The notes: a model not told the origin generated them from the sequence alone. A stretch of DNA of 64,000 nucleotides from Nitrospirota bacterium (GCA_963790205.1 CAWBNQ010000001.1:864001-928000), one strand, 5' to 3'; numbered from the stretch's first letter, positions 1 to 11,368 are shown. Program-made: numbers and translations.

Positions 1-1173
1 AAGATCATAACCCTCACGCTCGACCGCATGGGCAAAGGAGAGATCTTCGATGACCGCGAAGGCGGTTTTTTCCGCTATGCAACGAAGCCCGACTGGTCAA
101 GGCCCCACTACGAAAAAATGCTCGAGGTGAACGCAGGCCTGATCAAAAACTATGCCGAGGCTTCGCTGGTGTTCGGAAGCAAGGAATACGGGAGGATCGC
201 CGAGAAATGTCTGGGCTATATTCAGTCTACTCTATTCGATCCCGGGACCGGCGCTTTCTTTGGGAGCCAGGACGCTGATGAGGAGTATTACCGGGCGAAG
301 GACCGGAAGCATATGAAACCGCCCAGTGTGGACAGGATCGCGTATACGGATTCCTCGTCTCTCATGGTGAGCGCTTTTGTTTCAGCCTACGGCGCCACCG
401 GCAACAAGCATTATCTTGAAATGGCGAAGCGTGGGACTGAATTCATACTTCAGAAACTGTACGGAGGGAATAACGGTGTTTATCATTTTTACCGCGAGAA
501 GACAAGGCGCCTGCCGGGGCTGTTGTCGGATAATGTTCTCTTCGGCTTGGCGCTTCTTGATCTTTATAATGCAACGGGCGAGGGACGGTATCTGAGGACA
601 GCACAGGAGATCGGGCAGTTTATCGCGACCCGGTTCTATGATCACGGGGCGAAGCGCTTTCGCACTTCCCTTGATGCTTCGCTGAAAAAGCCGGTCACAG
701 CCGGCATGCTGGCAGTTGTCAACGAAGACCTTGCAAATTACCGGGCCCTTCGCTTTCAGGCCAGGCTTGTATACAATGATGAATCCCTGAACGTAAAAGA
801 GACCAGGGATGCTTCTGCAGCTTCCCTGGCCGGCGGCTATCAGCGTTTTTCGCCCTACGCCGCGGTATACGGCAGCGCGCTCCTGTGGGTCCTGTATGAT
901 CCGGTCCGGATAACAATCATTGCCGACGGTGCGGCCCGGCGAGACTATGTTGCGGCGGTCAATAGCGTCTATGTCCCGGAGAAGGTAGTCACCTTTCTGT
1001 CACTGTCGCAAGATGCCGAGCAGATCAGGAAGCTCAAATACGCAAAGAAGGAATCGGTGTATCTGTGCTCCGGGAGACGGTGTTCGAAGCCCATTTCAAA
1101 ACCCGAACAGCTCAAAATAACGCTCAGGCAATTCATGGAAGTGTCGGTTGAACAGCCGGGTGGACAGCGCTGA
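1..1173 (+). CDS. Thioredoxin-domain/YyaL (SPATA20-like) protein, 5'-truncated by the window edge
   Basis: Motifs GGFFRYATKPDW-PHYEKML, FFGSQDAD and C-terminal YLCSGRRCSKP are typical of YyaL/DUF255 proteins; the frame is open from base 1. Confidence 0.85.
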   Translation, partial: KIITLTLDRMGKGEIFDDREGGFFRYATKPDWSRPHYEKMLEVNAGLIKNYAEASLVFGSKEYGRIAEKCLGYIQSTLFDPGTGAFFGSQDADEEYYRAKDRKHMKPPSVDRIAYTDSSSLMVSAFVSAYGATGNKHYLEMAKRGTEFILQKLYGGNNGVYHFYREKTRRLPGLLSDNVLFGLALLDLYNATGEGRYLRTAQEIGQFIATRFYDHGAKRFRTSLDASLKKPVTAGMLAVVNEDLANYRALRFQARLVYNDESLNVKETRDASAASLAGGYQRFSPYAAVYGSALLWVLYDPVRITIIADGAARRDYVAAVNSVYVPEKVVTFLSLSQDAEQIRKLKYAKKESVYLCSGRRCSKPISKPEQLKITLRQFMEVSVEQPGGQR

Positions 1174-1321
1174 TTCTTCTCCCTATTAGAAAATTAAATC
1201 TCATTTACTGGAAGAGCCATCAAGCGGCCCCGATTTAAAAAATCCGCCAGCACAGCCGCGTGGCAGCAAAGCAGGCGCGGCCGGGGGGGCGCTGCGTCTT
1301 ATGGCGGGCCGTTCACGAGCT

Positions 1322-2347
1322 TCACCGCCTTGCCATGAACTTCACGAACTCCTTCCGCGCCCGGTTGGCCTCTTTGCACGTCGTTACCTTCCTCAGTCTG
1401 ATCCCGAACCGCGTTGCAATCGGCTCCAAAATCAATTTAGCTTCATCCTGGGCGACAAGAATTTCCATCGGCAGGAAGCCCGTTTTTTCCAGCGCCTCGA
1501 TAAAACTATTCGCGAATTGAGTTGGGTATACATCCGGAGGGACCATGTGGTTGTGAAAAATGAAGCCGGTGTCATGGTCCGCGACGATAAGAAGACAAGG
1601 GAAAAAGGGGCGGCCTGTTTCCTTGATCGGGATATCAGCGAAGGCATAATCGAATTCCCAGATACCTTGCATTTTCAATTCCCGTGATTTAAGTCTTTGA
1701 ACCCGGAGTTCATCGAAATGGACTGATAGCGGTTTCGGTTTGACCGGTGCCGGCTTCGTCCAGCAATCGCGCCAGGTGAGTGTGTCGCCATTAAGCTCGG
1801 GGGTCCGGACGAGATATTCGCCGCGCGCGGGAGGGTCGAGAAGTGTCCTTTGCTCTTTGAAGCGTAGACAAACATCTTCCGCCTGCATCAATGCCTGCGT
1901 GAGATAAACGGCTTCGTCGGCAGTGATGGACCAGGGCAAATAACCCGGCTTGAGGTTCTTGAAGATAGGATATGCGTTCCTGCCCCGTAAACTTAGCCCC
2001 AGTTGTTTGATGATCTCGTGCTCTTCCTTGTGAACGTACTTCCTGTCGTCGAAGGTTAGGCTCAGGCAATTATGAAGAAGAAGGCCTTCGATACTGCCGG
2101 GCGGTCTTCTTTTGGCCCTTAGTTTTCTGAAGCCTTCCAGTCCCTCGGAGCCCAGATATACGATCAGTCCGAAAACCTCGCCGAGGCTTCCGATTACGCA
2201 GCAATATCCGATTTCACCGGTTTTGGGGTCCTGGATTCCGAATAAGTTTTCCTCGATCATCCAGGTCCAGCACGCGAGCCGTTTGAACTGGAGCGCTTGC
2301 TCGTAAAGAGCTTTCCATTGAGGCAATGTCGGAGATTGTTCAGACAT
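1322..2347 (-). CDS. Conserved hypothetical protein
   Basis: 341-aa ORF with globular composition; N-terminal LFGIQDPKTGEIGYCCVIGSLGEVFGL and C-terminal GRPFFPCLLIVADHDTG resemble a widespread uncharacterised family. Confidence 0.7.
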   Translation of the reverse strand: MSEQSPTLPQWKALYEQALQFKRLACWTWMIEENLFGIQDPKTGEIGYCCVIGSLGEVFGLIVYLGSEGLEGFRKLRAKRRPPGSIEGLLLHNCLSLTFDDRKYVHKEEHEIIKQLGLSLRGRNAYPIFKNLKPGYLPWSITADEAVYLTQALMQAEDVCLRFKEQRTLLDPPARGEYLVRTPELNGDTLTWRDCWTKPAPVKPKPLSVHFDELRVQRLKSRELKMQGIWEFDYAFADIPIKETGRPFFPCLLIVADHDTGFIFHNHMVPPDVYPTQFANSFIEALEKTGFLPMEILVAQDEAKLILEPIATRFGIRLRKVTTCKEANRARKEFVKFMARR

Positions 2348-2371
2348 GTGAAAATTCCCCCGTCATGAATC

Positions 2372-2398
2372 AAAAAGCGGCCTTGTTGGCCGCCTTTT
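2372..2398. terminator. Intrinsic terminator downstream of hisG
   Basis: AAAAA-GCGGCC-ttgtt-GGCCGC-cTTTT hairpin with A/T tracts on both sides. Confidence 0.65.
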
Positions 2399-2402
2399 GA
2401 TT

Positions 2403-3323
2403 TTACGGAATGACTTTATTCAGCGGGTACTCCACGATCCCCGATGCGCCGCGGCGCTTGAGCCGGGGGATGAGGTTGCGGGCCACTTTTTCGTCCAGGA
2501 TGACCTCGAGGCTCACCCAGGCGGGGTCGGTCTGGTGCGAGATCGTGGGCGCGTGCATCGAGGGGAGGAGGCCGCAGATCTCTTTCAGGTTCGCCTTGGG
2601 CGCGTTCATCTTGAGGCCGACCTTTTCCTCGGCTGCGAGCGCGCCCTGGAGCAGCATGGCCATGCTCTCGATCTTTTTCCGTTTCCAGGGGTCGTTCCAG
2701 GCCTTTTTATTCGCGATGAGCCGCGTTGTGGACTCAAGCATGACCTCGACGATCCGGAGCTTGTTCGCTTTTAGGGAGCTGCCCGTCTCGGTCAGCTCCA
2801 CGATGGCGTCGGCGAGCGTCGGCGGTTTCACTTCCGTGGCGCCCCAGGAGAACTCGATGTCGGCGGTGACCCCCTTGGATTTAAGATAACGCTTGGTGTA
2901 ACCTACGAGCTCCGTAGCGATGCGCTTGCCTTTCAGGTCCTTGATGGACTTGATGGTCGAGTCTTCCGGCACGGCTACGACCCAGCGAACGGGATTCAGG
3001 CCGCCCTTTGCGTAGCGGAGCTCGGCGACCTCGACAACGTCGGCATTCTGCTCCAGGATCCAGTCTTTGCCCGTGAGGCCCACGTCGAAGATGCCGTTGT
3101 CCACGTACCGGGCCATCTCCTGGGCGCGGACCATGATGCACCCGATGTCGGGATCGTCGATGCTGGGGTAGTAGCTTCGCGAGCTTACCTGCACGCGGTA
3201 GCCGGCTTTGTTGAAGAGCTTGAAGGTCGCTTCCTGCAGGCTCCCCTTAGGCAGGCCGAGCTTCAGTTTTTGGCCCGCCGTGACGACGGCTTTCGATGAT
3301 GCCTTCTTCGATTTCGTCGGCAT
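2403..3323 (-). CDS. hisG: ATP phosphoribosyltransferase, long form
   Basis: [40 protein letters not shown] and a C-terminal regulatory domain ending [15 protein letters not shown]. Confidence 0.97.
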   Translation of the reverse strand: MPTKSKKASSKAVVTAGQKLKLGLPKGSLQEATFKLFNKAGYRVQVSSRSYYPSIDDPDIGCIMVRAQEMARYVDNGIFDVGLTGKDWILEQNADVVEVAELRYAKGGLNPVRWVVAVPEDSTIKSIKDLKGKRIATELVGYTKRYLKSKGVTADIEFSWGATEVKPPTLADAIVELTETGSSLKANKLRIVEVMLESTTRLIANKKAWNDPWKRKKIESMAMLLQGALAAEEKVGLKMNAPKANLKEICGLLPSMHAPTISHQTDPAWVSLEVILDEKVARNLIPRLKRRGASGIVEYPLNKVIP

Positions 3324-3421
3324 GTGTTCTCCTCTGAAAAATACTTGACTGGATAACGGATAACCAATGAGACTGTAACATATCCCGTCGATCCTGTAAA
3401 TCCCGTCAAAAAATTATTTTG

Positions 3422-4714
3422 CTATTTTTTCGCCATTCTCACCCGGATCGTGTTTCCATGCGCCTCAAGGCCTTCCACATCGGCAATTTGCATGATGGCT
3501 TCGCCGACCTTGTCCAGGCCCTCTTTCGTATAAAAGATCAGGCTGGATTTTTTCATGAAGCTGTCCGTGGACAGGGGGGAGAAAAACCGCGCAGTCCCGC
3601 CGGTGGGGAGCACGTGGTTTGGGCCGGCGATGTAGTCTCCCACGGACTCAGGCGTGTAGTGGCCGAGGAAGATGGCGCCGGCATTCCTGATCAATCCGAG
3701 GAGCTCGAAGGGTTTTTCCACGGCAAGCTCCAGGTGCTCCGGAGCGATGGAGTTCGATACCTCGGCCGCTTGCGGGAGGGTCCCGACGAGGACAATGGCC
3801 CCGAAGCGGTCAATGGCCTTGCGCGCGATCTCTTTTCTCGCGAGGTTGGCGAGCTGTCGCTCGACCTCAGCCCCCACCTTTTCAGCAAGGTCCCGTGATG
3901 TCGTCACAAGGATCGACGAGGCAAGCTCGTCATGCTCGGCCTGCGAGAGCAAATCAGAGGCGACGAACTCCGGGTCGGCGCTCTGGTCGGCAATGATGAG
4001 TATTTCGCTCGGCCCTGCGATCATGTCGATGTCAACCTGACCGAAGACGTAGCGCTTGGCAGTGGCAACATAAATGTTTCCAGGGCCCACGATCTTGTCA
4101 ACCTTCGGGATGGTGGCGGTCCCATAGGCCATGGCAGCGATGGCCTGCGCTCCGCCGATCTTATAAATATCGCTTACTCCCGCGATGTCGGCCGCGACGA
4201 GAATGTAGGGGTTCATGTTGCCGCCCGGGGCCGGAGAACACATGATGAGCTGCTCCACGCCCGCCACCTTCGCCGGGATCACGTTCATCAGCACCGTCGA
4301 AGGGTAGCACGCCTTGCCGCCAGGCACGTAGACGCCTGCGCTCCTTATGGGCCGGGCAAGCTGGCCCAGGATAACGCCGTCCGCCTCCTGGCTGACCCAG
4401 GAACTGATCTTCTGCTTTTCGTGGAAGGCGCGGATCTTCTGCGCTGCAAGCTTGAGCGCTTCGACCTTCTTTGTGTCCACTTTGTTATAGGCGTCCCGGA
4501 TCTCGTCAAGAGAAACCTTGATGTCCTTGAGCGTGAGCTTCACCTTGTCGAACTTCTCGGTGTATTCGAGGACCGCCGGATCTCCCTGCTTTCGCACCTG
4601 CTCAACGACGTCCTTGACCGCCGCGGCCACTTCCTCGGTCGCGGTTTCGCCGCGGTTCACGATCCGCTTTAATTCAGTTGCGATGTCTTTCTGCTGCGAG
4701 TCGATGACCTTCAT
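3422..4714 (-). CDS. hisD: Histidinol dehydrogenase
   Basis: GVYVPGGKA-YPSTVLM, KIVGPGNIYV, IDMIAGPSE, QAEHD, APEHLEL, GPNHVLPT motifs. Confidence 0.98.
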   Translation of the reverse strand: MKVIDSQQKDIATELKRIVNRGETATEEVAAAVKDVVEQVRKQGDPAVLEYTEKFDKVKLTLKDIKVSLDEIRDAYNKVDTKKVEALKLAAQKIRAFHEKQKISSWVSQEADGVILGQLARPIRSAGVYVPGGKACYPSTVLMNVIPAKVAGVEQLIMCSPAPGGNMNPYILVAADIAGVSDIYKIGGAQAIAAMAYGTATIPKVDKIVGPGNIYVATAKRYVFGQVDIDMIAGPSEILIIADQSADPEFVASDLLSQAEHDELASSILVTTSRDLAEKVGAEVERQLANLARKEIARKAIDRFGAIVLVGTLPQAAEVSNSIAPEHLELAVEKPFELLGLIRNAGAIFLGHYTPESVGDYIAGPNHVLPTGGTARFFSPLSTDSFMKKSSLIFYTKEGLDKVGEAIMQIADVEGLEAHGNTIRVRMAKK

Positions 4715-4730
4715 GAAAACCCCTTACCTA

Positions 4731-4830
4731 TTTCGAATTGCGGATTTTGGATTTCGCATGCCGCAATCTGTTTGCACCCGCGCTCACGAGTGCATAGCGC
4801 GAGTACAGGGTGCAATCCGCAAATCGTATC
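4731..4830. repeat. Dispersed intergenic palindromic element, copy 1
   Basis: GGATTTC-like heptamers around a core that is the reverse complement of a similar sequence at 35500-35565. Confidence 0.65.
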
Positions 4831-6076
4831 ATACTCTCTTGATGTCCGCGCCCAAGGCAGAAAGCTTCTGCTCGATGTTCTCGTAGCCGCGGTCCAGGTG
4901 ATAGATGCGCGACACCACGGTCTGGCCCTGGGCGGCGAGGCCCGCGAGAATGAGCGAGGCGCTTGCCCGGAGGTCAGTGGCCATCACCGGAGCGGCTGAA
5001 AGCTTCTGCACGCCTCTGACAACGGCGCTTCGGCCCTCGGTCTGGATGTCGGCGCCCATGCGCCTGAGCTCGGCCACGTGTGTAAACCGATTTTCGAAGA
5101 TGGTTTCGTTGATCACGCTCGTGCCCTCGGCAAGTGCCATGAGGCTCATAAACTGCGCCTGCATGTCCGTGGGGAACCCGGGATACTCCAGCGTTTTGAT
5201 GCCGACAGGTCTGATCTTGCGCTGGCCGATTACAAGGATGGTTCCATCGTCCACATTTATCTCTGCACCCGCTTCGGCCACCTTGGCAAGCACCGCATCC
5301 AGGTTTCCGGGATTACAGTCCTTGATCAAGACCGAGCCGCCGGTTATGGCAGCGGCGATAACGAAGGTCCCGGTCTCAATCCGGTCCGGCATGACCGTAT
5401 AACTCATCGGATGGAGTCGCTCAACGCCCTGGATCTTGATGATGTCCGTGCCTGCGCCCTCGATCTTCGCGCCCATCTGCGCGAGGGCGTTTGCAAGATC
5501 AACCACTTCGGGCTCGCGTGCAGCGTTCTCGATCGTGGTCTCTCCCTCGGCAAGCACGGCGGCCATCATGATGTTTTCCGTGCCGGTCACGGTCACGGTG
5601 TCAAAATAGATATGGGCTCCCCGCAGCTTCCTGGCCTTTGCGCTGACATAACCATGTTCGATCTGGACGTCGGCGCCGAGTTTCTCAAGGCCCATGAGGT
5701 GGAGATTGATGGGCCGGGCCCCGATGGCGCATCCGCCCGGCATCGAGACACGCGCTTTGCCCATCCTCGCCACGAGAGGACCCAGCACGAGCACCGAGGC
5801 CCGCATGGTCCGAACGAGGTCATAGGGCGCCTCTGGGTTCGTAAGCCCGGTGGCGTCGAGGAGAATGTCGCGGCCTTGCCGTTCAAACGTCAGACCCATG
5901 TTCTGGAGGATCCTTCCCAGCGTAGTGACGTCGGCCAGGTGGGGGACGTTCGAGATCCGATGCTTCCCCTCGCACAAAAGCCCGGCCGCGATGATCGGGA
6001 GCGCGGCGTTCTTCGCCCCGCTGATCGTGACCTCACCGTTCAGTTTTTTACCGCCGTTAATGACAATAGTTTTCAT
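4829..6076 (-). CDS. murA: UDP-N-acetylglucosamine 1-carboxyvinyltransferase
   Basis: [30 protein letters not shown] (catalytic Cys), [23 protein letters not shown]; start placed at ATG 6076 (MKTIVINGG). Confidence 0.98.
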   Translation of the reverse strand: MKTIVINGGKKLNGEVTISGAKNAALPIIAAGLLCEGKHRISNVPHLADVTTLGRILQNMGLTFERQGRDILLDATGLTNPEAPYDLVRTMRASVLVLGPLVARMGKARVSMPGGCAIGARPINLHLMGLEKLGADVQIEHGYVSAKARKLRGAHIYFDTVTVTGTENIMMAAVLAEGETTIENAAREPEVVDLANALAQMGAKIEGAGTDIIKIQGVERLHPMSYTVMPDRIETGTFVIAAAITGGSVLIKDCNPGNLDAVLAKVAEAGAEINVDDGTILVIGQRKIRPVGIKTLEYPGFPTDMQAQFMSLMALAEGTSVINETIFENRFTHVAELRRMGADIQTEGRSAVVRGVQKLSAAPVMATDLRASASLILAGLAAQGQTVVSRIYHLDRGYENIEQKLSALGADIKRV

Positions 6077-6120
6077 GATATTCGCAGCCAAGGACGAGCA
6101 GGGTGTATCGCAGCTGCACG

Positions 6121-6990
6121 TTACTTTTTCTTTACGACGAGTGTCCGGTCGATTCCCGCCAGATCTTTGAGCATCTCCGGCTTGTCATAGGTCCCTGCCT
6201 CATCAACCATTCGCTTCAGTATCTCCGCCTGGCCCATGCCCAGCTCCATGATGAGCGTGCCATGCTTCTCTAAAAAATCTGACGCATGCTCGATGATTTT
6301 CTGCTGGACCTCCGTGCCCTCCCTGCCCGCTATGATAGCGAGCTCCGGTTCGTAGTCCCTTACCTCGCGTTGAAGCATCGGCAGGTCGCCTGACCGTATA
6401 TACGGCGGATTTGCCGTGATGACGTCCACCAGGCCGCGGATGTCGAGTTCCTCCAGAGGTGCGTAAAGATCTCCCTCGAGGAACCGGATGCGGTCCGCTA
6501 CGCCGTGCCTTTGCGAGTTTTCCCGGGCAACGACGAGCGCCTGACTTGACTTATCAACAGCAAAGATGTGTGTATCCCCGAGCTCTTTCGCCAGGCTTAT
6601 AGCGATGCAGCCTGAGCCCGTGCAAAGATCAACGATCGTTGTCTGCCTGCCTGCATCCCGCAATATCCCGATTGCCGTCTCGACGACCAACTCCGTTTCA
6701 GGCCTGGGGATAAGGACATCGTGGGTCACCGTAAATTCAAGGCCCCAGAATTCTTGTCTGCCAATAATATACTGGAGAGGCTCCCGCCTGGACCTGCGAT
6801 CGATTGCGTCTTCAAAGAGCTTATGTCTCTTGTTATCGAGACAGTCGTTATTATGGGTGATGAGCCAGACGCGGTCCCTCTCTAACAAATGGGAAAGAAG
6901 CACTTCCGCGTCGAACCTGGCGTTTTGTATTTCCGCTTGCACCAGGCGTTCAGTTGCGTACCGTATTGCATCGGCGATCTTCAATGGCAA
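6121..6990 (-). CDS. prmC: Release factor glutamine methyltransferase
   Basis: [31 protein letters not shown] motifs; adjacent to prfA. Confidence 0.96.
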   Translation of the reverse strand: MPLKIADAIRYATERLVQAEIQNARFDAEVLLSHLLERDRVWLITHNNDCLDNKRHKLFEDAIDRRSRREPLQYIIGRQEFWGLEFTVTHDVLIPRPETELVVETAIGILRDAGRQTTIVDLCTGSGCIAISLAKELGDTHIFAVDKSSQALVVARENSQRHGVADRIRFLEGDLYAPLEELDIRGLVDVITANPPYIRSGDLPMLQREVRDYEPELAIIAGREGTEVQQKIIEHASDFLEKHGTLIMELGMGQAEILKRMVDEAGTYDKPEMLKDLAGIDRTLVVKKK

Positions 6991-7058
6991 TATTTTTGAT
7001 GACTGGATTCACGATAAAAATGAGCATGCAGGAACCATGCATCCTGCATCGAGCACTG

Positions 7059-8126
7059 TTACAGGTTTTTCAGTCGCTCGGCATTCGCCGCCGCAGTCAA
7101 GGCCTCGATGAATTCATCGAGATCGCCGTCGAGCACAGCATCGAGCCGGTAGAGAGAAAGCCCGACGCGGTGGTCGGTCACCCTGCTCTGCGGGAAGTTA
7201 TAGGTCCTGATCTTTTCGCTCCGCTCGCCCGAGCCCACCTGGGATCTGCGGTCCTGGGCGGTCTCGGCCTCCTGTCGCTCCCGCTCCCGCTCGAGGAGGC
7301 GGGACTTGAGGATCTTCATGGCCTTCTCGCGGTTCTTAAGCTGCGAACGCTCGTCCTGGCAGGCAACAACTTCTCCCGTGGGGATATGGGTGATCCTGAC
7401 GGCCGAGTAGGTCGTGTTCACGCTCTGGCCGCCGGGACCCGATGAACAGTACGTGTCGATGCGCAGGTCTTTCTGCTCGACCTGCACGTCCACATCGTCA
7501 GCCTCGGGCAATACCGCAACGGTGACCGTGGAGGTATGGATCCTGCCGGCGGCCTCGGTCGCGGGGACGCGCTGCACACGGTGCACACCGCTTTCGTACT
7601 TGAGCCTGCTGTACACTCCCTTGCCCTGGACCTGGGCGATGACTTCCTTTACGCCCCCCACACCGCTTGTGCTCATGTCGAGGAGCGTCACCTTCCATCG
7701 CTTTTTTTCAGCGTAACGCGAATACATGCGGAAAAGCTCGGCAGCGAAAAGCCCGGCTTCGTCCCCTCCGGCGCCGGCACGGATCTCAAGAAAGACGTTT
7801 CTCTCGTCCCTGGGGTCCTTCGGCACGAGCATCAGCCGGAGGTCCTGCTCCATCTGCGCGATGCGGGGCCGAAGCTCCTTGAGTTCGGAGTCGGCCATTT
7901 CACGCAGGTCGGCATCCACCTTTTTATCCTTGGTGATCTCCTCAGCCTCGCGGATTTGCTTCAGGATGTCCCGATAAGCGCGGTAGTTGGTCACCACGTC
8001 TTCTATCTCCGACCGCTCACGGGAGTATTTCTGATACTGCTGGTGGTTGCCGGCAACCGCGGGATCGGACAGAAGCCTGGTGAGTTCGTCGTATTTTTCC
8101 GCAACAGCGTCTAATTTTTTCAACAT
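7059..8126 (-). CDS. prfA: Peptide chain release factor 1
   Basis: EIRAGAGGDEA, HRVQRVPATE (PxT anticodon motif), GPGGQSVN (GGQ), RTYNFPQSRVTDHR. Confidence 0.98.
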   Translation of the reverse strand: MLKKLDAVAEKYDELTRLLSDPAVAGNHQQYQKYSRERSEIEDVVTNYRAYRDILKQIREAEEITKDKKVDADLREMADSELKELRPRIAQMEQDLRLMLVPKDPRDERNVFLEIRAGAGGDEAGLFAAELFRMYSRYAEKKRWKVTLLDMSTSGVGGVKEVIAQVQGKGVYSRLKYESGVHRVQRVPATEAAGRIHTSTVTVAVLPEADDVDVQVEQKDLRIDTYCSSGPGGQSVNTTYSAVRITHIPTGEVVACQDERSQLKNREKAMKILKSRLLERERERQEAETAQDRRSQVGSGERSEKIRTYNFPQSRVTDHRVGLSLYRLDAVLDGDLDEFIEALTAAANAERLKNL

Positions 8127-8217
8127 AAGAATACAGCCTAACCACAGAGGTCACGGAGAACAAAAGAAGCGACACGGTCTAATCTCTGTGCGCTCAGTGG
8201 TGAGAATTTTTTTCCAA

Positions 8218-8243
8218 CAAAAAAACCCCGCTTCAGCGGGGTT
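8218..8243 (-). terminator. Intrinsic-terminator-like hairpin at the end of the DUF1385 gene
   Basis: Minus strand AACCCCGC-tgaa-GCGGGGTT followed by a T-run, overlapping the stop codon. Confidence 0.55.
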
Positions 8244-9138
8244 CCATCGCGAGAGCCTCGTTCATCGCCCTGATGGCGACTTCAAGTTGATCATCCGAGG
8301 GTTCCCGTGTCGTGAGCCGCTGGAGCCAGAGCCCGGGCAGAATCAACAGTTCGATCAGCGGGTGACCGCGTTTTTTTGCGCTGTACTTGAGAAATTCGTA
8401 TCCCAGCCCGGCGATCAGCGGCAGCAGTGCGATGCGCGAAAGGCCTTTTGCCCAGAGAGGCCAGAAACCAGGGATGAGCGAGAAGAGCATGATGGAAAGA
8501 GCCATCACGATAAGCAGGAAACTTGTGCCGCACCGCGGGTGGATACAGGAGTACGGTCTCGCGTTCTTCACAGTCAGTTCCATGCCGGCCTCGTATGCGG
8601 CTATCGTCTTATGTTCGGCGCCGTGGTATTCGAAGACCCGGCGAATGTCCTTCATGAATGAAATGCCGGACACATACCCCAGGAACAGGGCGACCCGGAA
8701 CACGCCGTCGGTAAGGTTGAACAGAACGCTGTTTTTGCCCAGGGCTGCGTATTTCAGGCCGAGAAAGTTGGTGAGCAGGAGGGGGAGCGCCAGGAAGAGG
8801 CCGAGCGCGAAGGCTACGGCAACGATCATGGTCCCGGCCATGGCAAGCGGGCTTATCTCTTCCTTTTTCCCGTCCTCGCTTTCGAGCGCTTCATTGGCCG
8901 AGTAATTAAGCGCCCTGATCCCGAGCCACATCGCTTCAAAGAGCGCTGCCGAGCCCCGAATGATCTTTTTCTTGAACAGGGGAAACCGCTCTCCGAGCGG
9001 CTGGAGCTCCTGCTTGAAAATGGCGATCCCGGCTTCGGGCCTGCCGCCTTTTCGTACGGCCACCGTGAAGGCCCGCGGAGAGCGCATCATTACGCCTTCG
9101 AGCACGGCCTGGCCGCCTATGTTCAATTTTTCCGTCAA
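8233..9138 (-). CDS. DUF1385 (YqhQ-like) membrane protein
   Basis: IGGQAVLEGVMMRS, VFEYHGAEHK, HPRCGTSF, LQRLTTREP; conserved position between rpmE and prfA; probable TTG start at 9138. Confidence 0.9.
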   Translation of the reverse strand: MTEKLNIGGQAVLEGVMMRSPRAFTVAVRKGGRPEAGIAIFKQELQPLGERFPLFKKKIIRGSAALFEAMWLGIRALNYSANEALESEDGKKEEISPLAMAGTMIVAVAFALGLFLALPLLLTNFLGLKYAALGKNSVLFNLTDGVFRVALFLGYVSGISFMKDIRRVFEYHGAEHKTIAAYEAGMELTVKNARPYSCIHPRCGTSFLLIVMALSIMLFSLIPGFWPLWAKGLSRIALLPLIAGLGYEFLKYSAKKRGHPLIELLILPGLWLQRLTTREPSDDQLEVAIRAMNEALAMEPR

Positions 9139-9189
9139 GGTGAGGACCTCGCGACAGAGCATGTCGCGGAGAGAAGCGACACTGGTCGG

Positions 9190-9390
9190 TTACGCCTTAT
9201 TGTATTTTTTCCGGAATTTGTCGACGCGGCCTTCGGTATCGATGAGCTTCTGTTTGCCGGTGAAGAACGGGTGGCAATGGGAGCAGATGTCGAGCCTTAT
9301 ATTCTCTTTGGTGGACCGGGTCTGGTACTTTTCTCCGCAGGCGCAGTGGACCTCCGCCAATTTGTAGTCCGGATGAATTCCCTGTTTCAT
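9190..9390 (-). CDS. rpmE: 50S ribosomal protein L31, Zn-binding type
   Basis: MKQGIHPDY...CACG...[15 protein letters not shown]...GRVDKF; RBS GAAGGAG upstream of ATG 9390. Confidence 0.97.
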   Translation of the reverse strand: MKQGIHPDYKLAEVHCACGEKYQTRSTKENIRLDICSHCHPFFTGKQKLIDTEGRVDKFRKKYNKA

Positions 9391-9647
9391 GTTCTGTTCT
9401 CCTTCTGATGGAAAAACCGCGCCACAGCTGATTGCCGTGGCTCGTATGGTTAAGGCCGGAATAATATACCAAATTACGCAAAAAGACAAGCAAAAAAAGA
9501 GACCTCTCATGCCAACCGCTTCGCTATGGTGCAAAGGGGCCGGAATGCCGGAGGGCGCTATTCTGTCTGATAGATATCGTTTCGATATACGGATAAGACC
9601 CTTCGCCGTGCCTCAGGGTGAAATTTTCGTCCTCAGAGACGAAAATT

Positions 9648-10895
9648 TCACTTGTTCATGGAGTCGAGGAAATCGCGGTTGGTCTTGGCCTGCTTGAGTT
9701 TTTCGAGCAGGAATTCCATGCTCTCCACGGTGGAGAGCGGGTTCAGGACCTTCCGGAGGACCCACATACGGTTCAGGTCGTCCTTGTCCACGAGCAGCTC
9801 TTCCTTGCGGGTTCCGGACGCATTAATGTCGATGGCCGGGAACACGCGCTTGTCCACGAGTTTCCTGTCGAGGTGGAGCTCCATGTTGCCCGTGCCCTTG
9901 AACTCCTCGAAGATCACATCATCCATGCGGCTGCCCGTGTCAACAAGGGCCGTAGCGAGGATAGTGAGGCTGCCGCCTCCTTCGATGCTCCGGGCAGCGC
10001 CGAAGAAGCGTTTGGGCCGTTGGAGCGCGTTGGCGTCCAGACCGCCGGAAAGCACTTTACCGGAGGCAGGGATGATGGCATTATGGGCCCGCGCAAGCCG
10101 GGTAATGCTGTCTAACAGAATAACGACATCCTTCTTGTGCTCCACGAGGCGTTTTGCGCGTTCGCTCACCATATCGGCCACCTGCACATGTCTTTGGGGC
10201 GGCTCGTCGAAGGTCGAGCTGATGATCTCAGCCTTGACCTGACGCTGCCAGTCCGTGACTTCCTCGGGCCGCTCGTCAATCAGGAGCACGATCAGTTTGA
10301 TCTCCGGATGGTTCTTGATGATCGCCTTCGCAATTGACTGGAGCAGCATGGTCTTCCCGGTCCGTGGCGGCGCCACGATCATGCCGCGCTGGCCCATGCC
10401 GATGGGGGTGACAAGATCCATGGCGCGGGTCGTGTAGTCGGTAGGAGCATGTTCGAGCTTGATCTTTTTTTCGGGATAGTAAGGCGTGAGGTTGTCGAAG
10501 AGAATCTTGGTCCTGGATATTTCGGGATCTTCATAATTGATGGCGTCGACTTTGAGAAGTGCAAAATACCGTTCCCCCTCTTTCGGGGGCCGTATCTGGC
10601 CGGAGACGGTGTCCCCGGTGCGGATACTGAACCGCCTGATTTGCGAAGGGGAAACATAGATATCATCAGGGCCGGGGAGATAGTTATAGTCGGGCGCCCG
10701 AAGGAACCCGAAGCCATCGGGTAGTATTTCGAGCACGCCCTCGCCGAATATCATGCCGTTCTTTTCGGTCTGGGCCTGCAGGATGGCGAAGATCAACTCC
10801 TGCTTGCGCAGGCCACTAACGCCTTCGATCTTCAGCTCGTCTGCCATGGCGGTCAGCTCGGAGATGTCCTTGCCTTTAAGTTCTACTAAATTCAT
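9648..10895 (-). CDS. rho: Transcription termination factor Rho
   Basis: [28 protein letters not shown] Walker [24 protein letters not shown]. Confidence 0.99.
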   Translation of the reverse strand: MNLVELKGKDISELTAMADELKIEGVSGLRKQELIFAILQAQTEKNGMIFGEGVLEILPDGFGFLRAPDYNYLPGPDDIYVSPSQIRRFSIRTGDTVSGQIRPPKEGERYFALLKVDAINYEDPEISRTKILFDNLTPYYPEKKIKLEHAPTDYTTRAMDLVTPIGMGQRGMIVAPPRTGKTMLLQSIAKAIIKNHPEIKLIVLLIDERPEEVTDWQRQVKAEIISSTFDEPPQRHVQVADMVSERAKRLVEHKKDVVILLDSITRLARAHNAIIPASGKVLSGGLDANALQRPKRFFGAARSIEGGGSLTILATALVDTGSRMDDVIFEEFKGTGNMELHLDRKLVDKRVFPAIDINASGTRKEELLVDKDDLNRMWVLRKVLNPLSTVESMEFLLEKLKQAKTNRDFLDSMNK

Positions 10896-11193
10896 GCGGT
10901 TGCTCCTTGGCCCGTGGTTTCCCAGGGCAGATGGGGTCAGTGCCTTCTCGAGGGGTAGGTTTGGTGGTGTATGTTACTCCCGGCAGTTAAGGTCAAAAAG
11001 GAAATTGTCGTTACAAAAGGCGAGCAAGTTCCGTCGATTTCTAGTTTGCGTGCTGGCGGCAAAGCCGCCGTCCGGCTGCGGTTTACTCCGTTTTTGTGAA
11101 ATTGCGGTTTGTTTTTATTCTACCTGGCTATTCTATTATGGTTAATCTGTTGGGTTTGATGATAACTGGGGTTATGGTCAGATATACGTAAAA

Positions 11194-11222
11194 ACTATAC
11201 CGCATATACAGTAGTTTGTCAA
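11194..11222 (-). promoter_or_regulatory. Sigma-70 promoter of rho
   Basis: Minus strand TTGACA-N17-TATAGT about 300 nt upstream of the rho start. Confidence 0.75.
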
Positions 11223-11333
11223 TATTAATTTATTTTAGTTCGTTGTAAAGTTAACGTGTTCGCATAAAAATAAAACAACGCGTTGAAAATATACCGGAAG
11301 TCGTGGACGCGCGCCCCGAATCGAGAATTACGA

Positions 11334-11363
11334 TTGACACTGCCCTTTGTTCTGGCGTAGTAT
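11334..11363 (+). promoter_or_regulatory. Sigma-70 promoter of the Rieske gene
   Basis: TTGACA-N18-TAGTAT ending 5 nt before the ATG at 11369. Confidence 0.6.
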
Positions 11364-11368
11364 AAAAA

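Noticed and set aside
5078..6190. Long antisense ORFs over murA and similar ones over hisD, nagA/HAD, ahbD, ABC ATPase, methyltransferase and the sigma-54 regulator
   Set aside because: Typical GC-rich shadow ORFs opposite well-supported genes, with no motifs
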